DNA of 64,000 nucleotides from Octopus bimaculoides (GCF_001194135.2 NC_068985.1:68230194-68294193); one strand, 5' to 3'. Positions 42,766 through 55,269 are shown, counted from the stretch's first letter. Translations and numbers: made by a program. The notes: generated by a model from the sequence alone, not told the origin.

Positions 42766-44224
42766 CATGTTTGCATGTATTTGTTTCTACATGTGCATGC
42801 GTATGTATATATACCCATACATATATGCTCCCTCATATATAAATATACATTCATACATACACAACTACATGCTTGCATACAAATGTGTGTGAACATTTGC
42901 TTTTGAATGCTTGTCTGTTTTAAATTATAACTCGATGTCAATTCTTGAAATGCTTACTGATTCGGAAAATTGTGTATAATACTAATAGTTCATGCTGATT
43001 AGTAGTAAGCAGAGAAATAAATACGAAAGCAGCCATTTTTCTATATATTTCTATATATCTTAGATTGAATGTATTCAGCAGCTGTTTTGGAGATATTCAG
43101 AAAATGTTATAAAATTTTGTTTAAGTTAGATGACCATGAAATGAACTAAACTGGCGCTGGATTTTTAGAAAAATAAATTACAATGAGATAGCAATAGAAA
43201 TATAAAAAATAATGAATAGAAAGGAGGCCATCATATAATGAACCAACAAATCTAAATTATAAACTGGAGAAAATGTGTAGTATCTAAGGAGAGAAATGAA
43301 AACAATTACGAGACAGACGTACAGTTATGACTGTGATTCAATATGTCCATAAACACGACAAAAAGCCTTCAATACTAAACTAACCACAATATAAAGTACA
43401 TTCTAGATTTTCATGCTAAGATTTCACTCAATATAATATTACCAATGATAAAGTAAACTGTATTTGACCGTAAGTATGCATGAAATATGATTTAATTCCG
43501 ATGCCGGAGTTGAGAGAAATGGAAATTCAAACGTTCACCCATTTTTGTTGCATTCACAATAGCGGGGTACGAAAGGTATTCTGCAGAGTGAAGATAAGCT
43601 TGTTGGCTATCAACTCGCAGACGAGTCTGCACAACACTGACAAATTATCTGATATTGGATGTTAAAGACAATGGCTGTAAGCAATGCCCATGCTGAAATT
43701 TAAACTCAATAACGCCTTGCACATCACCGCCGAGACGTTCTCCTACAAAGCAAAGTTATCCAGAAGCAGTTAAGTGCATTCCGATTTGACAATGAGGTTA
43801 TTCTAAAATCTCCTTCCCCTAAAGGGATGTCGTCAGAGAGACTAAGGATAGGAAACTCTCACTCCCAACTCGCATTTTTTGGATGGATGCTAAATTTGCA
43901 TCCATTCATCTTCTCTCACTCTCTCTCTCNNNNNNNNNNNNNNNNNNNNNNNNNNNCCCCCCACACACACACACGAACACATACACACACATGCACATAC
44001 AAACGAATACACACAAACACAGATACGGACACAGACACAGATACGTACGTACATACATACATACATACATACATACATACATACATGCATACATACATAC
44101 ATACATACATATATACATGTTGAAATTCCAACGAAGGTGATTTGAATCTTGATAAGATAGCGGCTCTTTTTCCATTGAAAATAAATCCTCAAATAAAACT
44201 GAATTAGAACTTACCTACATATAT

Positions 44225-44392
44225 AGGCACAGGCATGGCTGTGTGGTAAGAAGCTTGTTTCCCAACCACATGGTTCTGGGTTTAGTCCCAGTGCGTAGCA
44301 CCTAGGGCAGGTGTCTTATACTATAGCCTCGGGCCGACCAAAAGCCTGTGAGTGGATCTGGTAGACGGAAACAGACAGAAACCCATCCAATA
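44225..44392 (+). mobile_element. tRNA-derived SINE family C copy
   Basis: A-box-like TGGCTGTGTGGTAAG and B-box-like GGGTTTAGTCCC; homologous to 3871-4010. Confidence 0.8.
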
Positions 44393-44396
44393 AACA

Positions 44397-44436
<40 letters not shown>

Positions 44437-45159
44437 TGTGTGTTTGTGTGTGTGTGTGTGTGTATATATGTATATATTTAANNNNNNNNNNNNNNNNNNN
44501 NNNNNNNNNNNNNNNNNNNNNNNNNNNNNNNNNNNNNNNNNNNNNNNNNNNNNNNNNNNNNNNNNNNNNNNNNNNNNNNNNNNNNNNNNNNNNNNNNNNN
44601 NNNNNNNNNNNNNNNNNNNNNNNNNNNNNNNNNNNNNNNNNNNNNNNNNNNNNNNNNNNNNNNNNNNNNNNNNNNNNNNNNNNNNNNNNNNNNNNNNNNN
44701 NNNNNNNNNNNNNNNNNNNNNNNNNNNNNNNNNNNNNNNNNNNNNNNNNNNNNNNNNNNNNNNNNNNNNNNNNNNNNNNNNNNNNNNNNNNNNNNNNNNN
44801 NNNNNNNNNNNNNNNNNNNNNNNNNNNNNNNNNNNNNNNNNNNNNNNNNNNNNNNNNNNNNNNNNNNNNNNNNNNNNNNNNNNNNNNNNNNNNNNNNNNN
44901 NNNNNNNNNNNNNNNNNNNNNNNNNNNNNNNNNNNNNNNNNNNNNNNNNNNNNNNNNNNNNNNNNNNNNNNNNNNNNNNNNNNNNNNNNNNNNNNNNNNN
45001 NNNNNNNNNNNNNNNNNNNNNNNNNNNNNNNNNNNNNNNNNNNNNNNNNNNTATATATATATATATACACATATATATATATACATATATATATACATAT
45101 CATTATGTATGTATGTATGTATGTATATGTATATATATACATACATACACACATACATA

Positions 45160-46420
45160 CGAGGTGGAATCAAAACACTCCCGGACTAGTTATGTTTAAT
45201 AAAACCTAACTTATTTACCTAAATTTTAACATCATCCCCTTCGATATAGTCATCATGCGCAGATATAAATCGCTACCACCATTCCTTTTCGTATCGGGCC
45301 TAAAAGTTGTTTTCCGAAAAGGAATCGAAAACCTTTTATGATTCGCTCTTGATCTCGACAATGATGTAAACTGGCGACCATTATCCTGTATTTTCATTTC
45401 AGTGGAAAGATGGAAGGGGCTATAGGTGCTAAATTTGGCGAATAGGGCGGGTGCAGAAGCGATACTACGTTGTTTTGGGCTTGCGAAGAGAGCTCGGTGA
45501 CAGTGTGAATTTCAGTTGTGAAGAATCCAATTCTCCCTGCTCCAGAGATCCGGTCGCTTTCACCTAATGTCTTTCCTCAAACATTTTAAAACGTGGCAGT
45601 AGAACTCTTGATTGACGGTCTGGCTTTGGGGTACGAATTCTCGACTCACAATGCAGCAGATGCATAAAAAAAAACCATGAGCATGGTCCCCACTGCGCTG
45701 CCGATCTGTCGAGTCTTCTTCAGTCCTGGAGATGAAGGCCTCCTCCACTGTGACGACTACAGATTCGTCTCTTGGTCGTACACTTACACCAAACTCTCGT
45801 CACAGGTGATGATCTTCGACAAGAAAGAAGGGTCATCAGCGGCACGCTGAGAGAAATATTGTCGAACTTCTACGCGATGATCATTCTGCTCAGTGGTCAG
45901 CAAGCGGGGTCAAACTAAGCAGAGACACGCCACATGTTCAAGACAGACATTAGAATTCTTTGCAAGGAACCATACAATATCGGGAATGTCATTAATTGTC
46001 TCCCGACGATCTTCATGTACAAGTTGATGAATTTTCTCTACATCTCTAGGTGTGACGCACGTGAACGGTCTTCCGGGTCGCTCATCGTCATCCAAAGACG
46101 TCCCTCCACTTTTGAACCCCACCTTGCCACTTGAAACATTGCGTAGAACTCATCGCCTCATCGCCGTAGGCTTGCTGAAGCATACTCAGTGTCACTATAG
46201 TAGATTTCCCGATTTTTACACGAAATATCAAGTTGGATCTCAGACTATTGCATACACGTGATTACAAATATACAAATTTCACAACTTGTGAAATAAACGC
46301 AGTGATGTCACTTAGTGCACTACCTCATAAAGGCTAGCTCTCACTGCGCGCGCAACAGTGTGCTGCCATCTGTTGTTGCGCTACAGAACTACTGCGGGAA
46401 ATTCTTGATATGACCTTGAG
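45160..46420 (-). mobile_element. Full-length decayed mariner (DD34D) element
   Basis: About 1.26 kb, TA flanks, imperfect ~38-bp TIRs; GTSLDDDERPGRP, EFVPQSQTVNQEFYCHVLKCLR and WILHN motifs. Confidence 0.9.
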
Positions 46421-46499
46421 TATATATATATATATGCGTGTGTGTGTTTGTGTGTGTGTATATGTGTGTGCATTTGTAGGGGTGTGTGTGTGTGTGTGT

Positions 46500-46600
46500 G
46501 CAGTGTATGCCAGAAGGTTTGCAAATCCATCGGAGGCCTCAAGAGACGTTTTAAGACCCACAAAGGGTGGTCAAACTCTGCATAAGGAGTATTCAACCAC
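46500..46600 (+). mobile_element. RTE 3'-terminal zinc-finger-like fragment
   Basis: VCQKVCKSIGGLKRRFKTHK* followed by a short tail and (TA)n. Confidence 0.5.
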
Positions 46601-46601
46601 C

Positions 46602-46639
<38 letters not shown>

Positions 46640-48496
46640 NNNNNNNNNNNNNNNNNNNNNNNNNNNNNNNNNNNNNNNNNNNNNNNNNNNNNNNNNNNNN
46701 NNNNNNNNNNNNNNNNNNNNNNNNNNNNNNNNNNNNNNNNNNNNNNNNNNNNNNNNNNNNNNNNNNNNNNNNNNNNNNNNNNNNNNNNNNNNNNNNNNNN
46801 NNNNNNNNNNNNNNNNNNNNNNNNNNNNNNNNNNNNNNNNNNNNNNNNNNNNNNNNNNNNNNNNNNNNNNNNNNNNNNNNNNNNNNNNNNNNNNNNNNNN
46901 NNNNNNNNNNNNNNNNNNNNNNNNNNNNNNNNNNNNNNNNNNNNNNNNNNNNNNNNNNNNNNNNNNNNNNNNNNNNNNNNNNNNNNNNNNNNNNNNNNNN
47001 NNNNNNNNNNNNNNNNNNNNNNNNNNNNNNNNNNNNNNNNNNNNNNNNNNNNNNNNNNNNNNNNNNNNNNNNNNNNNNNNNNNNNNNNNNNNNNNNNNNN
47101 NNNNNNNNNNNNNNNNNNNNNNNNNNNNNNNNNNNNNNNNNNNNNNNNNNNNNNNNNNNNNNNNNNNNNNNNNNNNNNNNNNNNNNNNNNNNNNNNNNNN
47201 NNNNNNNNNNNNNNNNNNNNNNNNNNNNNNNNNNNNNNNNNNNNNNNNNNNNNNNNNNNNNNNNNNNNNNNNNNNNNNNNNNNNNNNNNNNNNNNNNNNN
47301 NNNNNNNNNNNNNNNNNNNNNNNNNNNNNNNNNNNNNNNNNNNNNNNNNNNNNNNNNNNNNNNNNNNNNNNNNNNNNNNNNNNNNNNNNNNNNNNNNNNN
47401 NNNNNNNNTATATATATATACATACATATATATTTTTTTTTCCTTCACATAAATATCACACACAAATTTTGACCGTATTGTCCTCTAGTTAAATCGACTC
47501 AATTATTATTTAGTTGTAGATTAAATTTCTATCTCTGAGCACACGGCTGTCTGAGTTGAAGAGGCTTTATTTACTTTTAAAAGAAAAGCATTACTCATGA
47601 TCTGGTTTACAAGTTCAAAATCTGCTGTACCACCATCAATATGTCCAACCTTCCAGCGTACAAGTCTAAAATCTGTTTTACTTCAAAGAATAAACTTACT
47701 CCGTGCTCTCTACAAATTTTCTGCTCCTCTATCTCACATAGCTTACTTCTTGTGGAAGTAAAATGTGCTAAATAGATCATCAGTTTATTTACAGATGAAG
47801 GGAGGTTAGTGGTTATTTTCAGACAATATTGGCAATTATTCCGTGCTGCTTGTTGCTGTTACAATATCTATTTAGAGTATTTTAGCAATCAATATTCCAG
47901 TACAATAAAATATGTGGCAACTTGATCCAAAGTATTATATAAATATACATAAGGTAGAATCAAATAAAAATATCAAGGCAGAAGCTAAAAAACATTATTT
48001 AATGGATGATTTCATTTATGAATTACGTTAGTATGACTTTGGAAATTCTAAAAAAAAAAATTATTTCCTTTCGTTATTTTCTATTAGAATACCATTGCAT
48101 ATTTGAGCAAATGAATTCATTCGCCATATTAATGTCCGGGATAATGCTCCCAACTGTTTCTATTTTCATTACACTTTACCTATACGGTTCTCTTTTTTCC
48201 TTATTAATCTCCATCTCCCTATCTCCCTCTTTCCTGGTATTTTACAGTCACCCCATCACCACCATCAATATGTCTATGCTTCTATGCTACTAATATTCAG
48301 CTTTATAAACGCCTCTTTTACAATCGAAGATTGAACATCCCATTAATGTACAAAAATGTACACACACATAGGGATGTAGGTATTTGCAGGTAAGACACAA
48401 TCTATCTATCTAACTATCTCTCTATCTGTCTATCTATCTGTCTATCTATCTATCTATCTATTTATATCTGTCTGCCTCTCTGTCAGTCTATCTGCC

Positions 48497-48559
<63 letters not shown>

Positions 48560-48745
48560 TTATCTCTCTCTCTCTCTCTCTCTCTCTCTTTATATATATA
48601 NNNNNNNNNNNNNNNNNNNNNNNNNNNNNNNNNNNNNNNNNNNNNNNNNNNNNNNNNNNNNNNNNNNNNNNNNNNNNNNNNNNNNNNNNNNNNNNNNNNN
48701 NNNNNNNNNNNNNNNNNNNNNNNNNNNNNNNNNNNNNNNNNNNNN

Positions 48746-48802
<57 letters not shown>

Positions 48803-49587
48803 TTATCTGTCTGTTTATTTCTCTGTCTGCCTGTCTTTCCATATCTATTTCTTTATACGTTATATGACAATTTATAAATTTTATATCAGTGTCTCTATCT
48901 CCTTTTCACTCAATTAACACCTAGTGTATATTGTATCTCTCACATACGCACAATATCATTACCGAACAGTTTTGGCCTTCTCCTTAATAGATGACATCAT
49001 TATATTTTCTAACCGATAACTAACTTGCTCTATGCATTCACATCTCTTTATTCTCATTCAGACAGGAATGACATTGTATCGCTGCTTAATACCGTTTTCC
49101 TCAATTTCTCTCTTTTAATCTTTTCTTTCTTATTTTCCATCTTTCTTTCCATCTCTAACTTTGTCTATCTCTTTCTTACTCTCGCTCTCTCTCTAATCTT
49201 CCTCTCACTTATTTTCCACCCCTCTCTCTCCTGTTGCTGCTCCCATGATCAAACGTAGACGAATAAATGAAATTTTTCCTCTCCCCACTTTGACTCACCC
49301 TTTATTTATAATTTTTGTATGAAAGTTTTTCTCCTTTACTTTTTGGTATAAGATCATTATCTCTTCACCTCAATAACTAAGCATTTGCGTAGCCGTTTTG
49401 TTTGCTAGAACAAATAAACAAGTGTGCAACAAGATCTCTTTTACTGTCTAAAATGCCGAAGTATATATTGTATAATGTAGACTTGGGTGCTAACTGCATG
49501 AAAACTAGAGGGGAAAGTAATGTGGGTAAACGTTTGATAGGTAGGTTCAATTAACACTGGTTCAAACCTAATCGAAATTACAACGAT

Positions 49588-49641
49588 AAAAATAGACGAC
49601 CCAGGACCAATTGAAATACTGGTCCTGGGTCGCCTATTTTT
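49588..49641 (-). other. 22-bp near-perfect hairpin (pre-miRNA-like or palindromic relic)
   Basis: AAAAATAGACGACCCAGGACCA / TGGTCCTGGGTCGCCTATTTTT with a 10-nt loop; the single mismatch becomes a G-U pair on the minus strand. Confidence 0.5.
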
Positions 49642-49759
49642 GTTGCTGTCTGAAAGCATATAGTAAATATAGTAGTCAATAGCACTAAGATAAAATTTAA
49701 GACTTTAAAATATAAATTAGAATAGATAATATAGGTCTAGATTTCTGCTCAGGCGCAGG

Positions 49760-50151
49760 TTGTTGTTAGCACTCCGTCGCTCACGACGTTGAGGGTTCCA
49801 GTTGATCCGATCAACGGAACAGCCTGCTCGTGAAATTAACGTGCAAGTGGCTGAGCACTCCACAGACACGTGTACCCTTAACGCAGTTCTCGGGGATATT
49901 CAGCGTGACACAGTGTGACAAGGCTGGTCCTTTGAAATAGAGGTACAACAGAAATAGGAAGAAAGGGTGAGAGAAAGTTGTGGTGAAAGAGTACAGCAGG
50001 GTTCACTACCATCCCCTGCCGGAGCTTCGTAGAGTTTTAGGTGTTTTCGTTCAATAAACACTCACAACGCCCGGTCTGGGAATCGAAACCGCGATCCTAT
50101 GACCACGAGTCCGCTGCCCTAACCCACTGGGCCATTGGGCCTCCACTCAGG
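49760..50151 (-). mobile_element. Full-length tRNA-derived SINE family D with 9-bp TSD-like repeat
   Basis: Minus-strand head AGTGGAGGCCCAATGGCCCAGTGG...GGTTTCGATTCCC (A/B boxes), tail ending (AAC)n-like; AGGCGCAGG at 49751-49759 and 50152-50160. Confidence 0.88.
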
Positions 50152-50416
50152 AGGCGCAGGAACTTAGAGGCAAAGAACAAGACAATTCAGACTTGCAAGA
50201 ATCAGTGACGCATGTAAGTAGGATTGAAATCAGGTCTCAAGTATTTGATTACTTTCCGTTTTAAAAGAGAAATTACACTTTGGAAATTATAGTCCAAGGG
50301 AAACTACGACACAATATGGTACGAGAGTTCTGAGATGAACAATTTTAATCTACATTAATCTTAGTTTAAACAACAGCAATTCGACAATCATTGCTTCTAT
50401 CAGTATTAAGAGATTA

Positions 50417-50620
50417 GTAAGTCGGCGAGTTGGCAGAATCGTTAGCACTCCAGACGAAATGTTTATTTCGTCCGTCTTTACATTCTGAGTTCAAATTCCG
50501 TCAACGTCAACTCTGCCTTTCATCATTTTGGGATTGATTAAATAATAGCAGTTGAGTTTTGGGGTTCATGTAATCGACTTAAATTCTCATTGAAATTGCT
50601 GACCGTGTACTAAAATTTGA
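50417..50620 (+). mobile_element. SINE family A copy (diverged)
   Basis: Aligns with 935-1155. Confidence 0.75.
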
Positions 50621-50860
50621 AACCAATATTAAAATATTAATTTCCCCAAAACCTTCCTCGGTGCTTTCAATGTGGCATTCGACAATGTCTAGCACAGTGT
50701 TCTGAATGGAGGTTTATGTGGACCGAAATTCTGTGAAATGGTCTTCACATCTTTCCGTCTGTCAGGCTTTCTCTTTGATCGCCTCGTCTGTTACAGTTTT
50801 CAGTGATTTGTCTCAGGCCGATGACCTTCGCTACCGCTTTCTTCACGCAGAAAAATTTAA

Positions 50861-51231
50861 AGGAGAGGAGGTAAAATGTTACTACAGCTGCGTCTGGGTG
50901 CTCGGGTATCCATCAGAATGTTGGTAAACGTAATTCACCAAAATATACAGCCAGTAATGTAAGCAAAACACATGGAATAAATCGTGCCTCCGTCATCAGC
51001 GTCGAAAAAAATTATCTTATATTTCAGGTTATGATGCAGAGAAGTTTGAACGTGGAATATTTAAATCTTTGCATTAATCTGAAATGTAAGATTTTTTTCT
51101 GACAGAGACTCAATTTATCCAAAGTTTACTTGCTTCGATTACTGGCTGTATATTTTGGTGAAGTACATTTACCAACATCATAATGGCTATCAGAGCCCAA
51201 ACGGCTGTATTAATACCTAACCTCCTCCCCT
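50861..51231. mobile_element. ~370-bp foldback MITE with TTAA flanks (Kolobok-like)
   Basis: Long imperfect inverted arms, best core GTAAACGTAATTCACCAAAATATACAGCCAGTAAT and its reverse complement; termini TTAA|AGG...CCT|TTAA. Confidence 0.7.
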
Positions 51232-51589
51232 TTAAGTTTTTCTGTCGTTTCTACTCTGTGTACGTTTGATCTATTATCATATAACTATCTCTATTTTTAT
51301 ACTTAAATGTTCATGGTCCGAAAATCATCAGTGGTTGCTTTTTTCTTCTTACATTTTTACGTTAAGCGAAAACTTAATATTCCCAATAATAAGCAAACAC
51401 ATAATTTATTTATTTATTTATGTGTTTCAGCCAAGTGGCTGCGGTCATGCTGGTGCACCACCGTGAGAATACATAATGTATCAGATAAAGCTATGTCCGA
51501 ATATTCTAATATAGTCAATCAAAGTGAAAACCTACTGCCTATAACCCACCTACTAATTCTAGCGATAATCTTTATAAGTTCTGTGATTG

Positions 51590-51900
51590 CAATGTAGATA
51601 TAATAATCATTGCTAACGGAAGAAATTATAATACGAAGATATGGTTGAAACTGATGATAAACTCTTTTTCATCATTGGTTGTACAGAATCATATATGAAA
51701 CTTAGATTGGCCAATCATGAATGTTCTTTTAGAAACTCTAACAAACGCTGTTTGACTAGTCTTAGTAAATTCATCTGGAAATTAAAAGAGAGTAATATGT
51801 GTAGTAAAAGACAGTCCTTTTCCTGAGACTGCCACATTAAGTTGGCAATAAACCATCACTTTATTGTGCTGCTACTGTATAAGTCTCTCTAAGAGATTTA
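51590..51900 (+). mobile_element. Penelope-like GIY-YIG fragment
   Basis: FIIGCTESYMKLRLANHECSFRNSNKRCLTSLSKFIWKLK. Confidence 0.8.
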
Positions 51901-52148
51901 GAAATGCAATATTTCTAATTTTATATATGTATATACAGTAAATATGGCTTATCTGCATTTTACAACCCAAAGGCATATATATATAGACGTCACTAAAGTG
52001 ACTAAGAGCGCTAGTCAGCACCAGTATTGCTAGAAAGAGAGTGAAAACAACTCATAACCGCAGAAAGCCTCCCTTGTCAGTCATTATAATAAGTGCTTTA
52101 AGTGGACATGACATGACGATATATACATACATACATACATACATATAT

Positions 52149-52472
52149 ATCAAAATAAGCAACACGGATTTCAGAGACAGTTAGAACTTTTGTCTAGAAT
52201 CAATTACTAGCCTGATAGACTCGGCTATGTCAAGATGGATTCATGTATTCTTCCTCCCACTTGGATTTTTATGTATTCTTTCTCCCACTTGGATTTGAAA
52301 TGTTGCCACAATTATAATATGTCTATTCTACTGTAATTTTGTGCATTTTCGTGCAGCTGAAGATTGCTCTTCATATTGCATTTAATGTAATGCTCGCATT
52401 ACTTAAATAAATGGAGTAGCATGAAACGTGCGTACTGCAATCATCTTTGAAATCCGTGTTGCTTATTTTGAT
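52149..52472 (+). mobile_element. 324-bp non-coding element bounded by 29-bp inverted repeats and carrying a hammerhead (PLE solo-pLTR-like)
   Basis: ATCAAAATAAGCAACACGGATTTCAGAGA (52149-52177) versus its reverse complement at 52444-52472, one mismatch; HHR at 52352-52439. Confidence 0.7.
52352..52439 (+). ncRNA. Type I hammerhead ribozyme candidate
   Basis: Stem I UGCAG/CUGCA; CUGAAGA; long stem II; GAAAC-GUGC-GUA, predicted cleavage after 52434. Closing pair 10.1-11.1 is U.U (non-canonical). Confidence 0.7.
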
Positions 52473-52679
52473 TTTTTGATCACCTATCCTTTTGGAATGG
52501 TTTTTGTATAATACCATACCATACGATATTCTGNNNNNNNNNNNNNNNNNNNNNNNNNNNNNNNNNNNNNNNNNNNNNNNNNNNNNNNNNNNNNNNNNNN
52601 NNNNNNNNNNNNNNNNNNNNNNNNNNNNNNNNNNNNNNNNNNNNNNNNNNATATATATATATATATAAAATCACTCCTG

Positions 52680-54170
52680 GATGATGTCATGACTCAATTT
52701 TTTGAAAGTTAGATACTTATTTATCAAGAGTATGTCTCTAAATTTGCCATTTCTGTGTATATAGCACGTTGAGCCAACTACAATAAGTCGTAATTTTAAG
52801 ACTGTTGGAATGTCGTATGTTTATATATGTAGAGTGTGATTCACTATAGGACCGTGTAAATTCTTTTTACTCCTGGAGATTTGGGGAATTTATTGTGTAG
52901 ATTGATTATCTCTAGGTTCTCACGTTTGGTTTGTTCCACCTGGTGTCACGAATTCAGTTGACAGAATATAAAACTGTTCGTTGTCTTTTAAGTTGTCCAT
53001 ACTAATGTTGGTTCTGAATTGATATTTTTCTCCTTTTACCAAATATTCTGGTTTTGTCCGTAGATTATTTTCAAATCAATTTCTTGTTCCGTTCAGTATA
53101 TTGGTTATTGGACATATTCTGTCTCGAAGAAGACGGGCATTGAGTACTTCTAGTTGTTATTCTATGTTGTCTAAACTTCCTGGAATTGATGCTATTGTTT
53201 TAGTATCCGCGGTGATTATAAGTTTTTATAACTTGTTTTGCTGTTTGTGAGTGAAGTTCATAGCTTTTAGCTTTCTTTAAGAAAGAGTTATCAGTATGAA
53301 ATTATGCTATAAAATCCGTTTCATAATTATTGAAGCAAATCGGACTTTTCTCCTGCTTCTAAAGAAACGCTTAAAACTCTTCTCATGTAGTAGATCTTAG
53401 CTTGTTTTGAAGTTTCCATTTCCGTTTTCTCGTTGGTTAATCGTAAAAGTCTTATTTCCATTTTGTCCAGAGCCATCTTCTATCTACGTTTTTCTGGTTC
53501 ATTGGGAGCATGTTTCATCTGCAATTTCCTGATATGAACAATCAGTACTGAGTTAATGTTTTTTTTTTTTTTTTTCATATATTTCAGTTTTGCCGATATT
53601 CTTTCACATCTTTCAAAAACAAATTTGCTGGTTACGAAAATTTGCTTCCTAATATAATTAAAACTACATTTCACTGAATATATTAGTCGTTGCAGATTAG
53701 TACTTATAGATTCCGAAATGTTGCAGTCTCTATCGTTTTATATAATTGGTTAGATGTTTGATTTACTTGGCTTTTTGAGTTCAAATCTCTGCCTGGAGAT
53801 TTCTTTGGTATAACATTTAATTTGTTCACTTTTTCTACCACGGATTAAGTGTTTAGAGATCTATTTTAGTTCTTTGTTGTATTAACATTTCGAACAGACA
53901 GTTGTACCGATTTCATTCATCGTAAGGAGAATACGTAAAGGATCCATGTAGATAGGGGCTATATTTCTCTAGTACTTGAAGCTTGTGTTTGATAACTATA
54001 ACGGTATTTAGATGGTTGAGCAGCAGTGGTGTCTCGAACATTCTGTAATCAGACACACTGATTAATGTTTGACATTGATGATTTTCGGAAGATGTCATCT
54101 CTTCACTAGGGTTAGATGAAATGATTGTCGAAACCTTAGTAGCACAGTTATCCATTGGGCGCATTGTCTA
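52680..54170 (-). mobile_element. Penelope-like element 5' half (N-terminal region to start of RT), decayed
   Basis: LKLRLIVVGSTCYIHRNGKFRDILL resembles PLE 'LK.RPIVAGP.C.T.RLS...DILL'; truncated next to the gap. Confidence 0.6.
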
Positions 54171-54293
54171 ATAATTTATACAATAAATTATTTCTGCTAA
54201 ACGTTGAGTAATCAACTAACCTAATGCACGTTATATGTAATATATTACCATTTAAAGATATGTATGTGGCATCAGTTAAGTGTGAGGAAACGA

Positions 54294-54398
54294 GATGGAT
54301 ATAAGCCTCAAATTATATTACAATTTTCGATGGATATAAGCCTCAAATTATATTACAATTTTCGATGGATATAAGCCTCAAATTATATTACAATTTTC
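54294..54398. repeat. 35-bp perfect tandem repeat x3
   Basis: GATGGATATAAGCCTCAAATTATATTACAATTTTC three times with no spacers. Confidence 0.95.
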
Positions 54399-54956
54399 GA
54401 TAAGTAAACAGCATTACTATTGAGTGTTAAGTAAATCGATTAGTAGAAGTGGCTCTGCCTAGAAGCACTTATATCCTTTGTGTTAGGTAGAAGAATATAG
54501 TAGACTTGTGAGACAGATGTACACGTCATCAATTTTAATGTCTGCAAGTTTACTTTCAGAAAAAATGTGATGGATATGCAATCAAGGAAGCGGGTAAATA
54601 TGGGTATCAATAACTCTGTATATTGAATCTTGTATGTGAATCACCATAAGTGTAATGACAAGAAAAGAAAGTATGTCATAACAGAATAGGATAACAGAAA
54701 ATACAGAGAGTGGGTTTAAGAACTATGTGGTTTTTTGTGCTATGATCTCTGATATTACTATGGAAAATTTGGAAGTGAGAATTAGATATGTATTTTTTCT
54801 GGGTTGTTATAGTCTATCCAGTAAAACTTGAAATCAGTTTTTCGCAGTGTGAATGCAATAAAGAAGACCATCTCTGTGGTGTGTATATTCTTCTAGTATT
54901 TTGTATACTAATATCAACTTACAGAAGTTATGTAGTTGGATTAATAATAGATAAAC

Positions 54957-54991
<35 letters not shown>

Positions 54992-55025
54992 TGGAGTTAA
55001 ACGCAGGTGTTATTCATATTCTTTT

Positions 55026-55114
55026 ACTTCCGACTCACGTTTCGAATATATCACTGATATTATTCCAAAGGAATAAAATGGTGTAAAACAATGTAATATT
55101 CTCTTCAGGGAAAT
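55026..55114 (-). ncRNA. Type I hammerhead ribozyme with intact catalytic core
   Basis: Minus strand: AUUUCC-CUGAAGA-GAAUAU...AUAUUC-GAAAC-GUGA-GUC|GGAAGU. Stem I 6 bp, stem II 6 bp, predicted cleavage between 55032 and 55031. Confidence 0.85.
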
Positions 55115-55269
55115 GGAGAAATGAAACTCGCCAATAAGACATTTTGACAGAGGATGATGGATATGTATAGTGAATAACTGAGCGCTAATAAGTTTGTTTA
55201 AAAAAAAACGTTAGAGTATATAACATCAAAGGTAGCCTATAGATAGAGGAGAGGTGAAGAAATAGCAAA

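Noticed and set aside
54071-54110. HHR-like motif at the 5' end of the minus-strand PLE (GUGAAGAG...CGAAA...GUC)
   Set aside because: C3 is G, stem II is barely paired and stem I cannot form; at best a decayed remnant.
54294-54398. 35-bp repeat x3 as a CRISPR array
   Set aside because: Units are contiguous with no spacers, there are no cas genes, and the context is eukaryotic; it is a simple minisatellite.
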